64,000 nt of DNA from an uncultured bacterium (GTDB lineage: Bacteria > Bacillota_I > Bacilli_A > RF39 > UBA660): contig CASEVQ010000002.1 of NCBI GenBank assembly GCA_949291455.1, positions 5,763 to 69,762 on the forward strand, read 5' to 3'. A program made the position numbers and the translations under genes. Within the stretch, counting starts at the first letter, position 1. Each line of letters opens with the position of its first letter. The notes beneath the pieces were generated by a model. It did no database searches. It worked only from the letters and a program-made list of their open reading frames with translations, and was not told where the DNA came from. Shown one piece after another: positions 60,537 to 64,000 of the stretch.

Positions 60537-61685
60537 ATGAGTAATAAAAGAAAATTAAAAGTAAAATATAGTAATGTTTTCTTTATAATAATTTTAATAA
60601 TATTTATATTTTTTTTAAGTTCAGCAAAAATATTATTAGAAAAAGAAATTCCTAAAATAGAGATAGAAGAACCTAAAATTACAGAAACAAGTCTATCATT
60701 AATAATGGTTGGTGATTGTTTAATTCATGGTGCTATTTATGATGATGCTAAAACAACAAATGGAAGCTATGACTTTTCAAAAATGTTAGAGTTAGTTAAA
60801 CCAATTATTCGAAGTTATGATTTAGCATTCTATAATCAAGAATCAATCCTTGGAGGTGTAGAATTAGGACTTTCAAGTTATCCAAGATTTAATGCTCCTA
60901 AAGAAGTAGGAGATGCTTTTTTAGATTTAGGTTTTAACTTAGTTTCACTTGCTAATAATCATACATTGGACAAAGGGAAAAGTGGGATTTATTCATCGCT
61001 TAATTATTGGCAAGGAAAAGAAAATGTAATGACAGCTGGAACTTATTCTAGTGAAGAAAATAGAATAACTCCAAATATTATGGAAAAAAACGGAATAACG
61101 TATGCACTTTTAGCCTATACCACTACTACTAATGGCTTAACCCCCTTTAAAGATGAACCTTATTTAATAACAGTATATGATGAAGAATTAGTTAAAGCTG
61201 ATATAGAAAGATTAAGAGATAAAGTTGATTTATTAATGGTATCTATGCATTGGGGAGAAGAATATACTCACAATCCAACTGAAGAACAGAAGATAATTGC
61301 CGAGTATCTGGCAAGTTTAAATGTTGATATTATAATTGGACATCATCCACATGTAGTACAGCCTATTGATTTTATAGGTAATACTATGGTAATATATTCA
61401 CTTGGGAATTTTATTGCGTCTCAGTATGGTATTAATAAATTGACAGGATTAATGGCTGGAGTGACGGTAAAGAAAACAACTATTGATGATCAAACAACCC
61501 TAACATTAGAAGAACCAACAGCTCAATTAGTATATATTGATTCTAAAATAACTAATTATAGACATGACTATAAATTATATCCTTACAATTTATTAACAGA
61601 CGATATTTTAGAAAATTATAAAGACCATTATAATAAATATATGGGAATTGTTACAAGTTTAAATAATAGAGTAACTCCATTATAA
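60537..61685 (+). CDS. CapA/PGA_cap family metallophosphoesterase-like protein
   Basis: VGD, NQE, LANNHTLD, MHWGEEY, IGHHPHV, YSLGNF. Confidence 0.93.
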   Translation: MSNKRKLKVKYSNVFFIIILIIFIFFLSSAKILLEKEIPKIEIEEPKITETSLSLIMVGDCLIHGAIYDDAKTTNGSYDFSKMLELVKPIIRSYDLAFYNQESILGGVELGLSSYPRFNAPKEVGDAFLDLGFNLVSLANNHTLDKGKSGIYSSLNYWQGKENVMTAGTYSSEENRITPNIMEKNGITYALLAYTTTTNGLTPFKDEPYLITVYDEELVKADIERLRDKVDLLMVSMHWGEEYTHNPTEEQKIIAEYLASLNVDIIIGHHPHVVQPIDFIGNTMVIYSLGNFIASQYGINKLTGLMAGVTVKKTTIDDQTTLTLEEPTAQLVYIDSKITNYRHDYKLYPYNLLTDDILENYKDHYNKYMGIVTSLNNRVTPL

Positions 61686-61737
61686 TTATATTGAAAAAAA
61701 AATTAATAAATGATATATTACTAAAGTAGGTGATTGA

Positions 61738-62349
61738 ATGAAAAGGGAATATGCAAAGTTATTTAGCTTTTTAATTGGCATTACATTTATTTTAAGTGGA
61801 ATAATATTTACTTTAACTAGAGTTTATAAAGATAATAAATTTCAAAATGCTCAAGAAGAAAGTATTATTGCTGATGAAATAAAGGATATTTATGAAGCAT
61901 TTAAAATAAAGGTTGAAGAATTTAGTACTAAAAGAGATTTGATTAATAGTGATATTTCAGAATATGTATCTTATTATACTGGGATAGAAGAAAATCATGA
62001 TGATATGATTGAAGAATTAAAAAAATATGAAAACTTAGTTGCTGAAGTAGAAGATTCAGCAGTATATTTAAAAAGCCATTGTTTAAATGAAAATTATAGT
62101 GATCAAGATGCTAACAACAAATGTAATGCTTATATTATTAATTATGAGAAAACTGTAAATAGTTTTGTTAGTGATATAGAATTCTTTAATAGTAAAATAG
62201 ATGAATATAACAACTGGATTATTGACGAAAATGAAGAATTAGATGATGAAGAAAAATATAAAGAAGTAGATAGATACAAAGCATCAAAATATAAAGAGTA
62301 TATAGACATAAATAATGATGGTTTCTATCTAGGAAGAAATAGTGATTAG
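61738..62349 (+). CDS. membrane-anchored coiled-coil hypothetical protein
   Basis: N-terminal TM followed by an acidic helical domain. Confidence 0.75.
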   Translation: MKREYAKLFSFLIGITFILSGIIFTLTRVYKDNKFQNAQEESIIADEIKDIYEAFKIKVEEFSTKRDLINSDISEYVSYYTGIEENHDDMIEELKKYENLVAEVEDSAVYLKSHCLNENYSDQDANNKCNAYIINYEKTVNSFVSDIEFFNSKIDEYNNWIIDENEELDDEEKYKEVDRYKASKYKEYIDINNDGFYLGRNSD

Positions 62350-62354
62350 GAGGT

Positions 62355-63632
62355 TTGGAAGTAGTGAATAAAAATGAATTACCCAAAAGAAAACTTGGTA
62401 GATTATTTATTATAATTGGAATAATTCTATTCCCATTACTATCAAGTTTATATATTGTATCAGTTAATAGTAATAGATTAATTAATGATACACTATCATT
62501 AATTATATTAATACTTGCATGTTATTCCTTTGTAATGTTAGTAACAGGTGTTTTTTTCTATAAAACTGGAACGGATAAAATAAATAAAAGACTGAAAAAA
62601 AGTCTTAGAATAACTCTTTCTATTTTTGCATTCTTTTATATTGTAGGTGGATATTCAATAGTAACTATTTTATATTTTCCTGGAAGTAAATTTAAAGATT
62701 GGCTTATTACGACAGCAATGACAACAATGAATCATCAATATTTTGCAACTTGGTTTTATGATGATTACGATGTAAATAAAGTTTTGGCTAATAATGTTGT
62801 AATAGAAACAGGTGAAGAGACTAATCCTGATTTAATTAATTTTACAGAGCCAAACTTTAATCAAGTAACTTATAAGACAGAATATGAAAGAGATATATTC
62901 ACTAAAGATGAAGGAAATGATCTATACAAAATAATTGATATATCACGCGATGGATTTAAAGGAAAATTAGCAATAATTTATGATCCTTCAAAAGTTAAAC
63001 TAGGAGTATCTAAAGGTATAGGGGATGAATTACAAAGTTCATATGGTCAATTCATAACGGAGATTTCTAGTAGATATAATGCTGTTATTGCGATAAATGC
63101 AGGAGGATTTTATGACCCAGATTGGAACTCTACTGGTGGAGTTCCACATGGTGTTGTTATTTCTAATGGTAAATTAATTGCAAATAATTCTAGAGCCAAT
63201 AATAGCGGTGGAATAATTGGATTTAATAAAGATAATAAATTAATACTATCTAGAATGACAGCTAGTCAAGCACTTGCGGCAGGAATAAGAGATGCTGTTG
63301 ATTTTGGACCATTTTTAATAGTTAATGGGAATCCGTCATTTGTTAAAGGTAATGGTGGATGGGGAGACGCACCAAGAACAGCAATTGGACAACGTGCTGA
63401 TGGAATTGTTTTATTGTTAGTAATTGACGGAAGACAAGCAGGAAGTATTGGTGCAGATATGAATGATTTAACACAAATCATGCTAGATTATGGTGCTATT
63501 AATGCTGCAAATTTAGATGGTGGAACATCCACTGCAATGTCACTAAATGGACAAATAATTTCAAATCCTAGAAATGGTAATTTTCAAGCTAAAACTAGAC
63601 CAGTACCAAATGCTTGGATTGTTGTAGAATAA
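62355..63632 (+). CDS. phosphodiester glycosidase (NAGPA) family protein
   Basis: AINAGGF, FGPFL, PRTAIGQ, IDGR, NLDGGTST. Confidence 0.92.
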   Translation: MEVVNKNELPKRKLGRLFIIIGIILFPLLSSLYIVSVNSNRLINDTLSLIILILACYSFVMLVTGVFFYKTGTDKINKRLKKSLRITLSIFAFFYIVGGYSIVTILYFPGSKFKDWLITTAMTTMNHQYFATWFYDDYDVNKVLANNVVIETGEETNPDLINFTEPNFNQVTYKTEYERDIFTKDEGNDLYKIIDISRDGFKGKLAIIYDPSKVKLGVSKGIGDELQSSYGQFITEISSRYNAVIAINAGGFYDPDWNSTGGVPHGVVISNGKLIANNSRANNSGGIIGFNKDNKLILSRMTASQALAAGIRDAVDFGPFLIVNGNPSFVKGNGGWGDAPRTAIGQRADGIVLLLVIDGRQAGSIGADMNDLTQIMLDYGAINAANLDGGTSTAMSLNGQIISNPRNGNFQAKTRPVPNAWIVVE

Positions 63633-63755
63633 ATAAAAATAATGCAAATGGTATTTATTTTTTGTAAAACATTAACTGATATTTTGTCAATTTTTGTCTA
63701 AACTATTGAATTTATATATTTAATAATATATCCTTAAAATAGGGAAGGTGATAGA

Positions 63756-63953
63756 GTGATATATCCATCTATTGATAAACTTTTAAATATCGTAGATTCA
63801 AAATATCAATTAGTGTATATTTCAGCTAGAAGAAGTAAAGAAATAACAAGAACAGGGCACTTACAAATGCCAATAAATAAATATATATCAAAGAAAAATA
63901 TTGGAAGAGCACTAGAAGAACTAGCTGAAGGTTATATAAAAGTAAAAAAATAG
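63756..63953 (+). CDS. rpoZ: RNA polymerase omega subunit
   Basis: MIYPSIDKLL..VDSKY.LV...ARR...ALEE. Confidence 0.93.
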   Translation: MIYPSIDKLLNIVDSKYQLVYISARRSKEITRTGHLQMPINKYISKKNIGRALEELAEGYIKVKK

Positions 63954-64000
63954 ACATTGTAAAAAAATGTCTTTTATTTTGTCAATATTTGAACAATAAT

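Noticed and set aside
669-63481. Many short antisense or overlapping ORFs in the track (e.g. 669-1061, 6577-6804, 13828-14238, 18620-18943, 55783-56079, 63266-63481)
   Set aside because: They are shadows of well-supported genes, have F/L/I/S-rich antisense composition and lack an RBS.
1-64000. CRISPR array, cas genes or reverse transcriptase (retron/DGR)
   Set aside because: No regularly spaced repeats and no Cas or RT (YxDD) motifs were recognised.

Overview
Very AT-rich Bacillota (Firmicutes-type) chromosome segment, probably from a reduced-genome, spore-forming Bacilli lineage (taxon is inference only). Housekeeping genes lie at both ends: PFOR and recG on the left; a CDF pair, SDR, CotD-like, CapA, NAGPA-family genes and rpoZ on the right. 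recG is flanked by two unannotated small structured RNAs, each with a consensus sigma-A promoter. The 3' end of the right-hand RNA (core CCCCCTGAAGG) appears to be an integration hotspot: the core recurs at 5014, 13710, 24435 (degenerate) and 45028, each time followed by a terminator hairpin. These cores delimit about 40 kb of tandem islands. (1) An 8.7-kb integrative mobilisable element (tyrosine integrase, MobV relaxase, AAA helicase, Xis, XRE regulators, lipoproteins). (2) A segment with a HEPN-like gene, a dead IS21 and an apparently uncharacterised radical-SAM RiPP operon: unannotated 44-aa precursor, double-RRE rSAM/SPASM, P-loop protein, HelD-like RNA-polymerase ATPase, C39-like peptidase and HAD phosphatase. 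(3) A segment with an acyl-CoA ligase, hybrid kinase, secreted-protein/ABC operon, a Type I R-M system with an HsdM-half-HsdS fusion and a large PD-(D/E)xK protein. Just beyond the last core is a cluster of degenerate copies of host machinery (NusG-KOW fusion, catalytically dead PolC fused to dead DnaB, a second DnaB-like protein), followed by a beta-CASP MBL nuclease and a PD-(D/E)xK nuclease; it is a candidate decoy-type anti-phage system. All family assignments come from motifs recognised by eye; no searches were run.
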